Assembly (NCBI GenBank): GCA_963663275.1
Contig: OY760183.1
Span: forward strand, 1,472,001-1,536,000
Direction: 5' to 3'
Length of the DNA stretch: 64,000 nt
From: Chloroflexota bacterium
GTDB lineage: Bacteria; Chloroflexota; UBA11872; VXOZ01
Shown here: piece by piece, positions 26,655-36,856 of the stretch
Position numbering within the stretch: position 1 is the stretch's first letter
Layout of the letters: the number at the start of each line of letters is the position of its first letter
Made by a program: the position numbers and the translations under genes
Notes under the pieces: model-generated
What the model saw: the letters and a program-made list of their open reading frames with translations, nothing else
Databases searched by the model: none
What the model was told of the DNA's origin: nothing

Positions 26655-28979
26655 ATGAGGCAGATTTTAAGGAAGATCGTGTTGAGTTTGGCGGTGCTTG
26701 GCGGCGCGCTGCTGCTCATGGGTTCGTCAATCGCGCCGCCAATTCACTTTGAGCCGACGCTCAGTTGGTCGCGGAGCGGAAAGCACATCGTCTTCTCAGT
26801 GGGCTACGTGGGCGCTTTCGTTGTAGATCCGGCAGGTGTGCATCTATCCACTATTCCCCGGCACGCGCCGCTTGGAGACGGCTTTGGCGCGGGCAACGCT
26901 ACGCCGAGCGTATCTCCGGACGGGTCGAGAATAGCCTACGTCGTGCGTGAAAGTTCAAGCGCAACGGCAATTGAAACGGCAGCGATTGATGGGACCGGCG
27001 CGCGGCGGCTGACCGTGTACACAGATATTGACAACGACGGGTCAATCGACAAGCACATCGACATGAGTCCGGTGTGGTCGCCGGACGGAAACAGAATCGC
27101 ATTCAAGTCCAGCCGGAGCGAATCCAGATGGCGATTTCGCCTCTTCGTCATGGACGCGGATGGGTCGAATGTCCAGGCGCTGGCGCCGTCAGTCAGTCTT
27201 GAGAGCGAGATTCCTGGCAGACCGCCGGCCTGGTCGTCGGACGGCCGCTGGCTCGCATTCTTGGGTGAGGGTGAGGGTAATGAAGAGCGGCGCGGCCAAG
27301 AAGGTGGGTTCTACCTCTACACGGTTAGAGACGACGGGACGAATCTAACCAGAATAGGCGAGGTACGCAGTTCCGTCATGCCGGAGTGGTCGCCGGATGG
27401 CAGTCTTCTGGCATTTGTCAGCGCAGAATCAGGAGAAGGAGCGGAGCGCCAAAGCGTCCTCTACACCGTGCAACCCGACGGCACAGGGCCAACGAGAATA
27501 GGCGATGGGGTTAGCGCCGCGGCTTGGTCGCCGGACGGCGCTTGGCTCGCATATTCAAGAATCGAAGAGGAAGGGCCGGCTACGTACGTTGTGAGGCCTG
27601 ACGGCGCCGACCTGAAGCTGGTGGCGCCTGACCACGGCGGGCTGGTGACGTGGTCTCCGGACGGCTCTGAGGTTTACGTGGAGAACAGGCAATACGCGGT
27701 GCGGCGTGATGGCAGCGGTCTGCGTCGGCACGTAAGTGAGGAGACTCACGACTTACAAGCCGAGTACCTAACGGCCTGGTCGCCGGACGGACTGCGGCTC
27801 GCCGTGCTTGCCCCTGGCGATGGCGCCGTCACGCTCTATACCATAGAGCGTGACGGCGCCAACAGACGTGTCCTGGTGCGCGGCACGGCAAACCGATTCG
27901 TCGCGGAGCACTCCGGTTGGTATGAAGCGCCGCGAAATCTAGCGGCATGCTCGGAGGGGCTAATCGTACCGGAGCCGGAGGCGCACCCAGGCTTGGTGGA
28001 AGACTGCAAGATCCTGCTGGCGCTAAGGGACGCTCTCATTGCGGACGGTTACGTGGACTGGAGCGCCGTTTGGCCAATTGCCGCGTGGCAAGGGGTCGAA
28101 GTGGGCTGCCCGTCGCGTTTCCGCGTTGTCATCATAACCGCATGGAAGGAAGCTGGTCCTGGATGCTCTTCTCCGTATCGGGTAATTGGTTTGCGACTCT
28201 CGAGTCTGCGCGGCGCTATGCCGCCCGAATTAGGCAAGTTCTTGGAACTCGAGTCGCTAACTCTTGGTTTCCCAGAATATCGGAGAAGCAGCGATGTTCT
28301 CGAGACCATTCCGCCTGAGTTGGGAAACCTAGCACACCTGAAAGAGTTGCAGCTCTCTGGTAGCCGGCTGAGCGGCAACATCCCCAAGGAACTTGGCAAG
28401 CTGGGCGAATTGGAGGAATTCCGCTTGTACTTTACAAGGGTCAGCGGGAACATTCCGACGGAACTGGGCAAACTATCCAAGTTGAAGATTCTGCATCTCC
28501 TTGGCAACGAGATGAGAGGCGGCATTCCGCCGGAACTTGGCGATCTTCGACACCTTAGAGAGTTGGAGATAGCCTTCCATCACTCTGCGGGAACCATCCC
28601 GCGGGAGTTTGGGAGTTTAGTCAATCTGGAACGCTTGAGTCTCGCTGAGGTCCACCTGAGCGGCAGCATTCCGCCGGAACTAGGCAACCTTGTGAAGCTC
28701 AAGACTCTCATCATCGGCGCTAAGGACTTGTCGGGCGCAATCCCGCCGGAATTGGGAAACCTCGCCAATCTGGAGGTCTTGAAACTGATTGGTAGCTGGT
28801 TCGATCCTGATTCTCGGCTTAGCAACAAACTCAGCGGATCTATCCCGCCAGAACTGGGGAAGCTCACGAATCTAACGGAACTCTGGTTGCTTTCATCGGA
28901 GTTGACCGGGTGTTTGCCTGCTTCGTTATCGGGCCAGTTGACCTATCTTTGGGCTTATGTGGAGTACTGTGCGGAGTGA
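26655..28979 (+). CDS. Secreted TolB/PD40 beta-propeller plus plant-type leucine-rich repeat protein
   Basis: Signal peptide; about 8 WSPDG-type repeats; LRRNT-like DCKILL...W...WQGV; about 9 LxGxIPxELGxLxxLxxLxL repeats. Confidence 0.85.
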   Translation: MRQILRKIVLSLAVLGGALLLMGSSIAPPIHFEPTLSWSRSGKHIVFSVGYVGAFVVDPAGVHLSTIPRHAPLGDGFGAGNATPSVSPDGSRIAYVVRESSSATAIETAAIDGTGARRLTVYTDIDNDGSIDKHIDMSPVWSPDGNRIAFKSSRSESRWRFRLFVMDADGSNVQALAPSVSLESEIPGRPPAWSSDGRWLAFLGEGEGNEERRGQEGGFYLYTVRDDGTNLTRIGEVRSSVMPEWSPDGSLLAFVSAESGEGAERQSVLYTVQPDGTGPTRIGDGVSAAAWSPDGAWLAYSRIEEEGPATYVVRPDGADLKLVAPDHGGLVTWSPDGSEVYVENRQYAVRRDGSGLRRHVSEETHDLQAEYLTAWSPDGLRLAVLAPGDGAVTLYTIERDGANRRVLVRGTANRFVAEHSGWYEAPRNLAACSEGLIVPEPEAHPGLVEDCKILLALRDALIADGYVDWSAVWPIAAWQGVEVGCPSRFRVVIITAWKEAGPGCSSPYRVIGLRLSSLRGAMPPELGKFLELESLTLGFPEYRRSSDVLETIPPELGNLAHLKELQLSGSRLSGNIPKELGKLGELEEFRLYFTRVSGNIPTELGKLSKLKILHLLGNEMRGGIPPELGDLRHLRELEIAFHHSAGTIPREFGSLVNLERLSLAEVHLSGSIPPELGNLVKLKTLIIGAKDLSGAIPPELGNLANLEVLKLIGSWFDPDSRLSNKLSGSIPPELGKLTNLTELWLLSSELTGCLPASLSGQLTYLWAYVEYCAE

Positions 28980-29097
28980 CGGCGGGCCACAGCACCCTGT
29001 ACCGCAATGTGTGGACGGTGGCAGAATGCAGCCGAATAGAGATTGCTGATCAGGGGCTTCTAGCCCGCCGCGCGATCGACTCTCAACCGGCCAATTG

Positions 29098-29127
29098 TTG
29101 ATTCGTCATGCCGCGCTCCGCTATAGT
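29098..29127 (+). promoter_or_regulatory. Putative sigma70 promoter for pnp
   Basis: TTGATT-N18-TATAGT. Confidence 0.5.
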
Positions 29128-29223
29128 GGTAATTGGAAGTTTGCGTGATCTTCCGCAACACTTTTCTCACATTGCGCGCCGAGTACCGGCCACCGGCTTG
29201 TCCGAGCAGCACGCAGCGGACAG

Positions 29224-29393
29224 GGTTAGTGTTTTGTGACTAGCACATGCCGTTTCGGTAGAGCGGCATCTGCGTGAAACGACAACTGCGTTTCGACGAG
29301 ACGGCATTCGCCTTTCAAAGAAACGGCGACTTCGTAAGACGGCGACTTCGTGAAACCACGACTTCGTGAAACGGCATCTGCTAGTCACTAACC
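29224..29393 (+). promoter_or_regulatory. Long stem-loop in the pnp 5' leader (candidate RNase III site)
   Basis: gtgactagcacatgccgtttc (29236-29256) pairs with gaaacggcatctgctagtcac (29368-29388), one mismatch. Confidence 0.55.
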
Positions 29394-29439
29394 ACACGGC
29401 GGGTTGGGGTAGGGCGCGGGAAGGATTTTTTCCACCGTT

Positions 29440-31755
29440 ATGATTCACAAGGTAGAGGCGAACCACACCGGTCGCGAGTTGACCATCGAGACCGGCCGGT
29501 TTGCCGAGCAGGCCAGCGGCAGCGTCACGATCCGTTGCGGCGACGCGATTCTGCTGGTCACGGTCGTGGGCGACAAACCCCGCGAGGGCATCGACTTCTT
29601 TCCTCTCTCCGTTGACGTTGAGGAGAAGTACTACGCGGTAGGCCGGATTCCCGGCGGCTACCTGCGGCGCGAGGGACGGCCCAGCGACGATTGCGTCCTG
29701 GCGGCGCGGCTCTGCGACCGCCCGTTGCGGCCGCTCTTTCCCAAGGACTATCGCAACGAGGTGCAGGTGATCATCACCATCCTCAGCGCCGACCAGGAGA
29801 ACGCCACGGACGTGATGGGCATCGTCGGCGCGTCGGCGGCGCTCTGCATCTCCGATATACCCTTTGGCGGGCCGGTGGGCGCGGTGCGCGTGGGGCGCAT
29901 CAACGGCGAGTTCGTCATCAATCCGCTCATGTCGCAGTTCGCCGAGAGCGACCTGGACCTGGTCATCGCCGGCACCCGCGACGCCGTGATGATGGTGGAA
30001 GCCGAGGCGGGCCAACTGCCCGAGACCGAGATGCTGGCCGCCCTGGAGCGCGGTCACGAGGCCCTGCAAGAGACCATCGCCATGCAGGAAGAGTTGATCA
30101 GCAAGATCAGCAAGGCCAAGCACGAGTACGTTCCCCACGGCCCGCCGGACGAACTGGTGGCCCAGGTGCAGGCGGAGGTCGGGGAAAAAGTGGCCGCGGC
30201 GTTCGGCCAGGCGGACAAGGCGGCGCGTGAAGAGCAACTTGGCGCAATCAAGGCCGAGACCGTGGCCCAACTGGGCGCGGAGCACGGCGAGGAACACGTG
30301 GCCGACGCGGTGCAATCCGCCGTGAAGAAGCACGTGCGCAGCGAAATCCTGCACGAAGGCAAGCGCCCCGACGGCCGCGCGCCGGCGGATCTCCGCGCGC
30401 TTTCCGCCGAGGTGGGCGTGCTGCCGCGCACCCACGGCACCGGCCTCTTCCAACGCGGCCAGACCCAGGTGCTGAGCATCACCACCCTCGGTTCGATTGG
30501 CGACGCGCAGCCGCTCTACGGGCTGGAACTCGCCGATTCCAAGCCGTTCATCCACCACTACAACTTTCCGCCGTTCAGCACCGGCGAAGCGGGACGGCTG
30601 GGTTCGCCCCGGCGGCGCGAGATCGGACACGGCCGCCTGGCCGAGCGCGCGGTGGCGCAGGTGCTGCCCTCGCAAGAGGAGTTTCCCTACACCATTCGCG
30701 TGGTCTCCGAGGTGCTTTCGTCCAACGGCTCCACCAGCATGGCGTCTACCTGCGGCAGCAGCCTGGCGCTGATGGACGCCGGTGTGCCGCTGCAAGCGCC
30801 GGTGGGCGGCATTGCCATGGGCCTGGTGCTGGGCGATGAAGGCGAGTACGCCATCCTGACCGACATCCAGGGCATCGAGGACGCCTTGGGCGACATGGAC
30901 TTCAAGGTGGCCGGCACCACCCGGGGCGTGACCGCCTTGCAGATGGACATCAAGGTTTCGGGCATCACCTTCGCCATCATGGAGCAGGCGCTGGCGCAGG
31001 CGCGGGACGCCCGCTTGGAGGTGCTGAAGGTAATGACGGACGCGCTTGCCGAGCCGCGCGCGGAACTTTCCGATTACGCGCCGAGCCTGGTTTCGCTCAA
31101 GATCAACCCGGAGAAGATTGGCGAAGTGATCGGCCCGGGCGGCAAGATCATCCGCAAGATCCAGGAAGAGACCGAGTCGAAGATCGACATCGACGATGAC
31201 GGCACTATCGTCATCACCGGCGCCGCCAAGGAAGGCGTGGAGAAGGCGGCGGAGACCATCCGCAACATGACCACCGAACTCGAGGTGGGCGCAATCTTCA
31301 CCGGCACGGTATCGCGCATCATGAACGCCGGCGTGTTCGTGAACCTGCCGGACGGACGGCGCGAAGGTCTGGTGCGCATGAGCGAACTGGCGGAAGATTA
31401 CGTGGAACGCGCCGAGGACGTGGCCGACATCGGCGACGAAATCATGGTGATGGTGATCGAAATCGATTACCAGGGCCGGGTGAACCTCTCGCGCCGCGCG
31501 GTGCTGGAAGGGACGAGTCCCGGCGATCGCGCTGGCGGCGGCCGCGGCGACCGCGGCGGCAACCGGGGACGGGGGCCCGGCTCGGATCGGCGCGGCGGCC
31601 CGCCGCGCGGCGGACGCGGGCCGCGGCGCTACGACCGCGAGCGCGCGCCCGCGGGCGCCGATAGAGACCGCAATCGCGGCGGCGACCGCGATACCCAGCA
31701 GAGCGACGGTGACGGCGACGGCCGGTCGTCCGGCGGTTCCGGCAGAAAGTGGTAG
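29440..31755 (+). CDS. pnp: Polyribonucleotide nucleotidyltransferase (PNPase)
   Basis: DFFPL, GRIPGG, RRREIGHG, SNGSTSMAS, DALGDMDFK, KH (IGPGGK) and S1 domains. Confidence 0.97.
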   Translation: MIHKVEANHTGRELTIETGRFAEQASGSVTIRCGDAILLVTVVGDKPREGIDFFPLSVDVEEKYYAVGRIPGGYLRREGRPSDDCVLAARLCDRPLRPLFPKDYRNEVQVIITILSADQENATDVMGIVGASAALCISDIPFGGPVGAVRVGRINGEFVINPLMSQFAESDLDLVIAGTRDAVMMVEAEAGQLPETEMLAALERGHEALQETIAMQEELISKISKAKHEYVPHGPPDELVAQVQAEVGEKVAAAFGQADKAAREEQLGAIKAETVAQLGAEHGEEHVADAVQSAVKKHVRSEILHEGKRPDGRAPADLRALSAEVGVLPRTHGTGLFQRGQTQVLSITTLGSIGDAQPLYGLELADSKPFIHHYNFPPFSTGEAGRLGSPRRREIGHGRLAERAVAQVLPSQEEFPYTIRVVSEVLSSNGSTSMASTCGSSLALMDAGVPLQAPVGGIAMGLVLGDEGEYAILTDIQGIEDALGDMDFKVAGTTRGVTALQMDIKVSGITFAIMEQALAQARDARLEVLKVMTDALAEPRAELSDYAPSLVSLKINPEKIGEVIGPGGKIIRKIQEETESKIDIDDDGTIVITGAAKEGVEKAAETIRNMTTELEVGAIFTGTVSRIMNAGVFVNLPDGRREGLVRMSELAEDYVERAEDVADIGDEIMVMVIEIDYQGRVNLSRRAVLEGTSPGDRAGGGRGDRGGNRGRGPGSDRRGGPPRGGRGPRRYDRERAPAGADRDRNRGGDRDTQQSDGDGDGRSSGGSGRKW

Positions 31756-31763
31756 AGAGGCTC

Positions 31764-32576
31764 ATGGCAGCAACGAGCGCGGATTCCCTGCGCATCGGCG
31801 TATTCGGCATCTTTGGCCGGGTGGGCACGACCGTTGCCAACGCGGTGGCGCGTGAGGACGATCTCACCCTGGTTGGTGGGGCGGACGTCATCGCCGCCGC
31901 CGACGGCTTCACCACCGCAACGGGTGACATGGTAGCCACGTTTACGGATGTGCCGGCGCTGCTGGCGGACGCCAAGCCCGACGTTATCATCGACTTCACC
32001 CGCGCCGACGCGGCGCGGGTGAACGTGCGCGCGGCGCTGGAACACGGCGCGCACGCCGTGGTCGGCACGACCGGCATGGAGATGGCAGAGATTGAGGAAC
32101 TGGGTGCGTTGGCTGCCTCCAACGGCCTGGGCCTGGTGGTGGCGCCGAACTTCGCGCTGAGCGCGGTGCTCATGATGCACGTGAGCAAGCTCGTCGGCAA
32201 GTACATGGACTACTGCGACATCGTGGAGTATCACCACGAAAACAAGATCGACGCGCCTTCCGGCACCGCGCTGCAGAGCGCCATCGACATCCGCAAAGCC
32301 CGGGGCAGCGACTTCATCTCCTCCGACACGGAGAAGGAAACGCTGGCCGGCACGCGCGGCGGCGTGCACGGGGGCATCAACGTCCACGCGGTGCGCATGC
32401 CGGGCATGGTGGCCCACCAGCAGGTGGTCTTCGGCGGTCTGGGTCAAACCCTGACCATCCGCCAGGACTCCACCAGCGCCGAGTCGTTTGTGCCCGGCGT
32501 GCTCATGTCCGCGCGCGCGGCGCCGAACCTGAAGGGCCTCACCTACGGTCTGGACGCGCTGCTCGGCCTGGCGTAA
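31764..32576 (+). CDS. dapB: 4-hydroxy-tetrahydrodipicolinate reductase
   Basis: VVGTTG, APNF, EYHHENKIDAPSGTA. Confidence 0.93.
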   Translation: MAATSADSLRIGVFGIFGRVGTTVANAVAREDDLTLVGGADVIAAADGFTTATGDMVATFTDVPALLADAKPDVIIDFTRADAARVNVRAALEHGAHAVVGTTGMEMAEIEELGALAASNGLGLVVAPNFALSAVLMMHVSKLVGKYMDYCDIVEYHHENKIDAPSGTALQSAIDIRKARGSDFISSDTEKETLAGTRGGVHGGINVHAVRMPGMVAHQQVVFGGLGQTLTIRQDSTSAESFVPGVLMSARAAPNLKGLTYGLDALLGLA

Positions 32577-32816
32577 TTCACAAGACACCCGAGAATCCAG
32601 TAGCACAGGCTTGCCACCTGTGCTACTGTGCTATTGACAGCGTGTCACGGGGGCTTGCCCCCATACGGATGTCGCACAAGAGTAGCGCGGGGGCTTGTCC
32701 CCCGCCTCTTCCGGCGCACGGCCGGCGGCAGAGCCGATCCGCGGCCCGGGCGTTAAGGTTCCCACACTATGGCAAAGACCCCGGCGCGCACGTGAGCATT
32801 GCAGAGGAGAGCGGAC

Positions 32817-33419
32817 GTGGCCACGCTTGTAGCCCCATTCGACCACCAAATGCCCATCCGGCCTATTAGCCTCGAGGAGTACCACTGGCTCATCGACCAC
32901 GGATTCTTCAATAGTGATGAGCGCGTGGAGCTAATTGAAGGCGTAATGCGTCAGAAGTGTGCGAAGAGTCCGCCCCACGCTGCCTGCCACACCAAATTGA
33001 TGGAACTGCTGTATCCCGCGCTAGGCGATAGAGCGTTGGTACGAGCGGTTGGGGCCATCACTATCCACTCGAGCAACTCGGAACCCGAACCTGATTTCAT
33101 GGTGGTCGCGCACCGTGAGAACGAGTACCTTGATCACCAGCCTTACCCCGCAGAGGTGCACTTGGTGGTGGAAATCGCCGATTTGAGCCTGGACTATGAC
33201 CGGAGCGTCAAGGGGCCGCTCTACGCCGGGGCCGGCATTGCCGAGTATTGGATCGCAAACCTGGTCGAAAGCAAACTAGAGGTCTATAGAGAGCCGGTTA
33301 CTCCGGCTGAAGGCAATCCGTACTATCGCCAACTCGTGCGCCTTTCACGGCAGGACACCGTGCGGCTTGCGCATTTCCCCGATAGCGCCTTCGCAGTGGC
33401 GGACCTGATTCCGGGATAG
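32817..33419 (+). CDS. Uma2 (DUF820) family putative endonuclease
   Basis: ERVELIEG, EPEPD, LVVEIAD...DRSVK..YAGAGIAEYW; GTG start with gaggag RBS. Confidence 0.85.
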   Translation: MATLVAPFDHQMPIRPISLEEYHWLIDHGFFNSDERVELIEGVMRQKCAKSPPHAACHTKLMELLYPALGDRALVRAVGAITIHSSNSEPEPDFMVVAHRENEYLDHQPYPAEVHLVVEIADLSLDYDRSVKGPLYAGAGIAEYWIANLVESKLEVYREPVTPAEGNPYYRQLVRLSRQDTVRLAHFPDSAFAVADLIPG

Positions 33420-33503
33420 ATCGTTCCGGTAACGGTGTCGCCCGCGCGAAACGAGCCGGTACAGTGAAGTTATCCCCTCATCGTGGCACTCTCCCCAGGG
33501 AGG

Positions 33504-33664
33504 CTGACAGGGGTATGTAAGTGTCATTCCGAGCGGAGCGTCGAAAAGGGTTCGCGGAATCTAGAGTTGCTGACTTTGCAGTGTGGCGCCTTAGATTCCT
33601 CTCTCCGCTGCGCTCCGTTCGGAATGACACGTGAAGTCGATCATAGAATACATACCCCTGTAAG
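33504..33664. mobile_element. MITE family 1, second copy (inverted), in a degenerate family-A REP
   Basis: TIRs ctgacaggggtatgta / tacatacccctgtaag; 11-bp direct repeat ccccagggagg at 33493-33503 and 33665-33675. Confidence 0.8.
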
Positions 33665-33849
33665 CCCCAGGGAGGGTAAGTCTTTGCGCGCGCTGTGCCA
33701 CCTCGCCTGGAGCGAACTCACTTTCCCGCGTTGGACCGTAATTCTCGCGCTGCACAGTTCGCAGTGCAACCGGCGTTGGTATAATGGAATCTGCGTCTGA
33801 ACGACCGCTTACTGAAACGGAACCAGCAACACGACTAGGGACAAAAGGC

Positions 33850-34917
33850 ATGGCAAACAGCGACGGCTATAACGTAGGTGTTCTCGGCGCCACCGGTGTG
33901 GTGGGGCGTCTGCTGCTCGACATTCTCTTGGAGCGCGCGTTTCCGGTGAAGGAACTGCGCCTCTTTGCCTCCGGGCGCTCGCGGGGCAAGGCGGTGGACT
34001 TTGGCGGGGAGGCGCATTCCGTCGAGGAGACGACCGAGGATTCCTTTGACGGCTTGGACATTCTCTTTGCCTCCGCCGCCACCGGCGCCAACCGCCATTT
34101 TTCGCCAATCGCCGCCCGCGCGGGCGTGGCGGTGGTGGACGACTCCTCGGCGTTTCGCATGGATCCCGACGTGCCGCTGGTCATCGCGGGCGTGAACGAC
34201 GACGACCTGAACCGGCACAACGGCATCATCGCCGGGCCGAATTGCACCACCATGCAACTCGTGATTGCCGTGAACCCCATTCATCGGGTCAATCCCATCC
34301 GGCGCATGGTGATGGATACCTACCAGGCCGTTTCCGGTTGGGGGCGCGACGCCGTGGTGGAGTTGGACGCGCAGATCAAGGCCAGGGCCGCGGGCGCGGA
34401 CGGCGACTTGCCCCGCGAAATCTTCCGCCACGAAATCCTGGGTAACGTGCTGCCGGAGGTCGATTCGTTCATGGACGACGGCTACACCAAGGAAGAGTGG
34501 AAGGTCATCCACGAGACCCGCAAGATCATGCACGCGCCGGAGATGCGGATTACGTGCACGGCGGTGCGGGTGCCGGTGACCGTGGGCCACTCCGAGGCGG
34601 TGCACCTGGAGCTTGCGCGTCCCATGAGCGCTGACGAGGTGCGCGCGGCGCTGGCGGGCGCGCCGGACGTGCGCGTGGTGGACGATCCCGGCCAGGGGCT
34701 CTACCCGGTGGCCACCGACGCGGCGGGCACGGACGACGTGCTGGTGGGCCGCGTCCGCGGCGACGTCTCCCACGAAAACGGTGTGGCAATGTGGGTGGTG
34801 GCCGACAACCTGCGCTGCGGCGCGGCTACCAACGCGGTGCGCATCGCCGAATTGCTCGTGGAGCGCGATCTCCTGCGCGGCGCGGCGGTCCCGGCGGCCG
34901 GCGGGAGCGCCGGTTAG
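33850..34917 (+). CDS. asd: Aspartate-semialdehyde dehydrogenase
   Basis: GATGVVG, SSAFRM, PNCTT, YQAVSG, RVPV..GHSE, DNLRxGAA; extended -10 TGGTATAAT at 33777. Confidence 0.95.
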   Translation: MANSDGYNVGVLGATGVVGRLLLDILLERAFPVKELRLFASGRSRGKAVDFGGEAHSVEETTEDSFDGLDILFASAATGANRHFSPIAARAGVAVVDDSSAFRMDPDVPLVIAGVNDDDLNRHNGIIAGPNCTTMQLVIAVNPIHRVNPIRRMVMDTYQAVSGWGRDAVVELDAQIKARAAGADGDLPREIFRHEILGNVLPEVDSFMDDGYTKEEWKVIHETRKIMHAPEMRITCTAVRVPVTVGHSEAVHLELARPMSADEVRAALAGAPDVRVVDDPGQGLYPVATDAAGTDDVLVGRVRGDVSHENGVAMWVVADNLRCGAATNAVRIAELLVERDLLRGAAVPAAGGSAG

Positions 34918-34973
34918 CGGTATCGCCTCTCTTCATCGGCTGCCCGGCGCGCCGCAACACCGTGAAGACTTTC

Positions 34974-35352
34974 CCCCTCACCCCGGCCCTCTCCCCAGGG
35001 AGAGGGGGTCTTTCCCCCGTAGCGCTGGGGCTAGTTCCCAAGGATAGGGAGTCTGCTCGCCGTAGCGCGGGGGCTAGTCCCCCGCCTGGCGCGGCGCGCA
35101 TCTATGGTGGCATCAACGTAGCGCGGGGGCTTGTCCCTAATGCTGTCGCGTAAAGCTGATGAGCACTGTACTACCCGTTCGTGCTGAGCCTGTCGAAGTA
35201 TGAGCGGGTAGTACAGTGCGCCATAACCAACCCGCCGTTCATACTTCGGCAAGCTCAGCACGGGCCTTTCGACAGGCTCAAGGCGAACGGCTGCGCGCGT
35301 GTTCATCCATTTCTCAAGTGTAGTCAACGTAGCGCGGGGGCTTGTCCCCCGC
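34974..35352. repeat. Mixed REP cluster (families A, B, F) with a lone MITE-2-like left end at 35138
   Basis: taatgctgtcgcgtaaa follows gggcttgtccc; ccgttcgtgctgagcctgtcgaag pair; several family-B copies. Confidence 0.75.
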
Positions 35353-35457
35353 CCGGCACGACGCGCGTCCACATTTGCCTTAATCGTGTGACAACGCGCC
35401 TTGCGTTCGGTACACTGTGGCAAACGACCGCGAATGAACTATGGGAGGAGCGCACAC

Positions 35458-36384
35458 ATGGCACGCGCAGAACTTGGCAGACTGATAACGGCGATGGTCA
35501 CGCCTTTCGATAGCGACGGCGCGGTGAATTACGACCAACTTGGCAACCTGGCGCGGCAGCTTATCCAGGGCGGCTCGGACGCGCTGCTGGTCACCGGCAC
35601 CACCGGCGAATCGCCCACGCTTTCCCACGAAGAGAAGCTGGAGTGCTACCGCACCGTTATGGCGGCGGCGGACGGGCGCGTGCCGGTGGTCGCGGGCACG
35701 GGTAACTACAGTACCGGCGAGAGCGCGGCATTCTCCCGCGAGGCGGAAGACCTGGGCGTGGACGCGCTGCTGCTGGTAGTGCCCTACTACAACAACCCGC
35801 CGCAGGAGGGCCTCTACCAGCACTTCAGGACGATTGCGGAGAGCACCTCGCTGCCGTGCATCGTCTACAACGTGCCCACGCGCACCGTGCGCAACATGGA
35901 GGCCGCCACCACCGCGCGCCTGGCCGAGGTGGACAACATCGTGGGCGTGAAAGAGGCCTCCGGCGACCTAGGCCAGATTTCCGACGTGCTGCGCCTGACG
36001 CCTGACGACTTCCACGTCTGGAGCGGCAACGATTCGGACACCTACCACATCATGTGCATGGGCGGCTACGGCATCATCAGCGTGGCCAGCCACGTCATCG
36101 GCCTGCAGATCAAGCGGATGATCGACGCCACCCTGGCCTCCGATATTCCCACGGCCGGCGCGCTCCACCAGCAACTGATGCCGCTCTTCACCAGCATCTT
36201 CCCGCCCATCTCGCCGGTCGCCAGCCCGGCCGCCATCAAGGCCTGCCTCAACCTCGCCGGCTTCAACGCCGGCGGCCACCGCCTGCCCCTGATCCCGGTG
36301 CCCGAGTCGTTCGAGCACACCCTGCGCGAACTGCTGGGCACGTACGAGCTGGACCCGAATCTGTCAGTGCTGGCAACGGCGTAG
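35458..36384 (+). CDS. dapA: 4-hydroxy-tetrahydrodipicolinate synthase
   Basis: GTTGES, PYYN, YNVP, GVKEAS (Schiff-base Lys); RBS ggagg. Confidence 0.95.
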   Translation: MARAELGRLITAMVTPFDSDGAVNYDQLGNLARQLIQGGSDALLVTGTTGESPTLSHEEKLECYRTVMAAADGRVPVVAGTGNYSTGESAAFSREAEDLGVDALLLVVPYYNNPPQEGLYQHFRTIAESTSLPCIVYNVPTRTVRNMEAATTARLAEVDNIVGVKEASGDLGQISDVLRLTPDDFHVWSGNDSDTYHIMCMGGYGIISVASHVIGLQIKRMIDATLASDIPTAGALHQQLMPLFTSIFPPISPVASPAAIKACLNLAGFNAGGHRLPLIPVPESFEHTLRELLGTYELDPNLSVLATA

Positions 36385-36517
36385 TTGAGTATCAGTACAC
36401 AAGAAAGTCCTGCAATTCTCGTCGGGCAACATTCTGCTACACTAAAGGGTGATGCGCGAAAGTTCAGCATCAAGATAAGATGACTTGGTTGTGTTGAAGG
36501 ACAAGGAGGATAGCAGG

Positions 36518-36856
36518 ATGGCCTCTGCGACAATATCGCTGCCAATGAAACCCAATTGTAGTCATTGTCACAATGAGGCGGGCATAGTAATGCGTTCGTA
36601 TGGGACGGATCAAGTCGTAGTCTGTATATACTGTGAGCAGTGTGGGGCTTGCGTTGCTGACCCACAGACTATCGGTGAGAGAATTGTTAGAGAGTACAAG
36701 AAAGGGCATGCAAGACGTAAACTTGAGAAGGTGCTCAAGTCTGAACACAGGCGGCTAGATGTTGGCGGGGTAACGCAATCAAGCGAGGAAATCCAAGAAC
36801 GCATTGATGCACTAGATGAGAAATATGCGTGGGAATTTTACTTGCCTAGCAGGTAG
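36518..36856 (+). CDS. Hypothetical Cys-rich (Zn-ribbon-like) protein
   Basis: CSHC...CIYCEQCGAC; RBS aggagg. Confidence 0.55.
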   Translation: MASATISLPMKPNCSHCHNEAGIVMRSYGTDQVVVCIYCEQCGACVADPQTIGERIVREYKKGHARRKLEKVLKSEHRRLDVGGVTQSSEEIQERIDALDEKYAWEFYLPSR

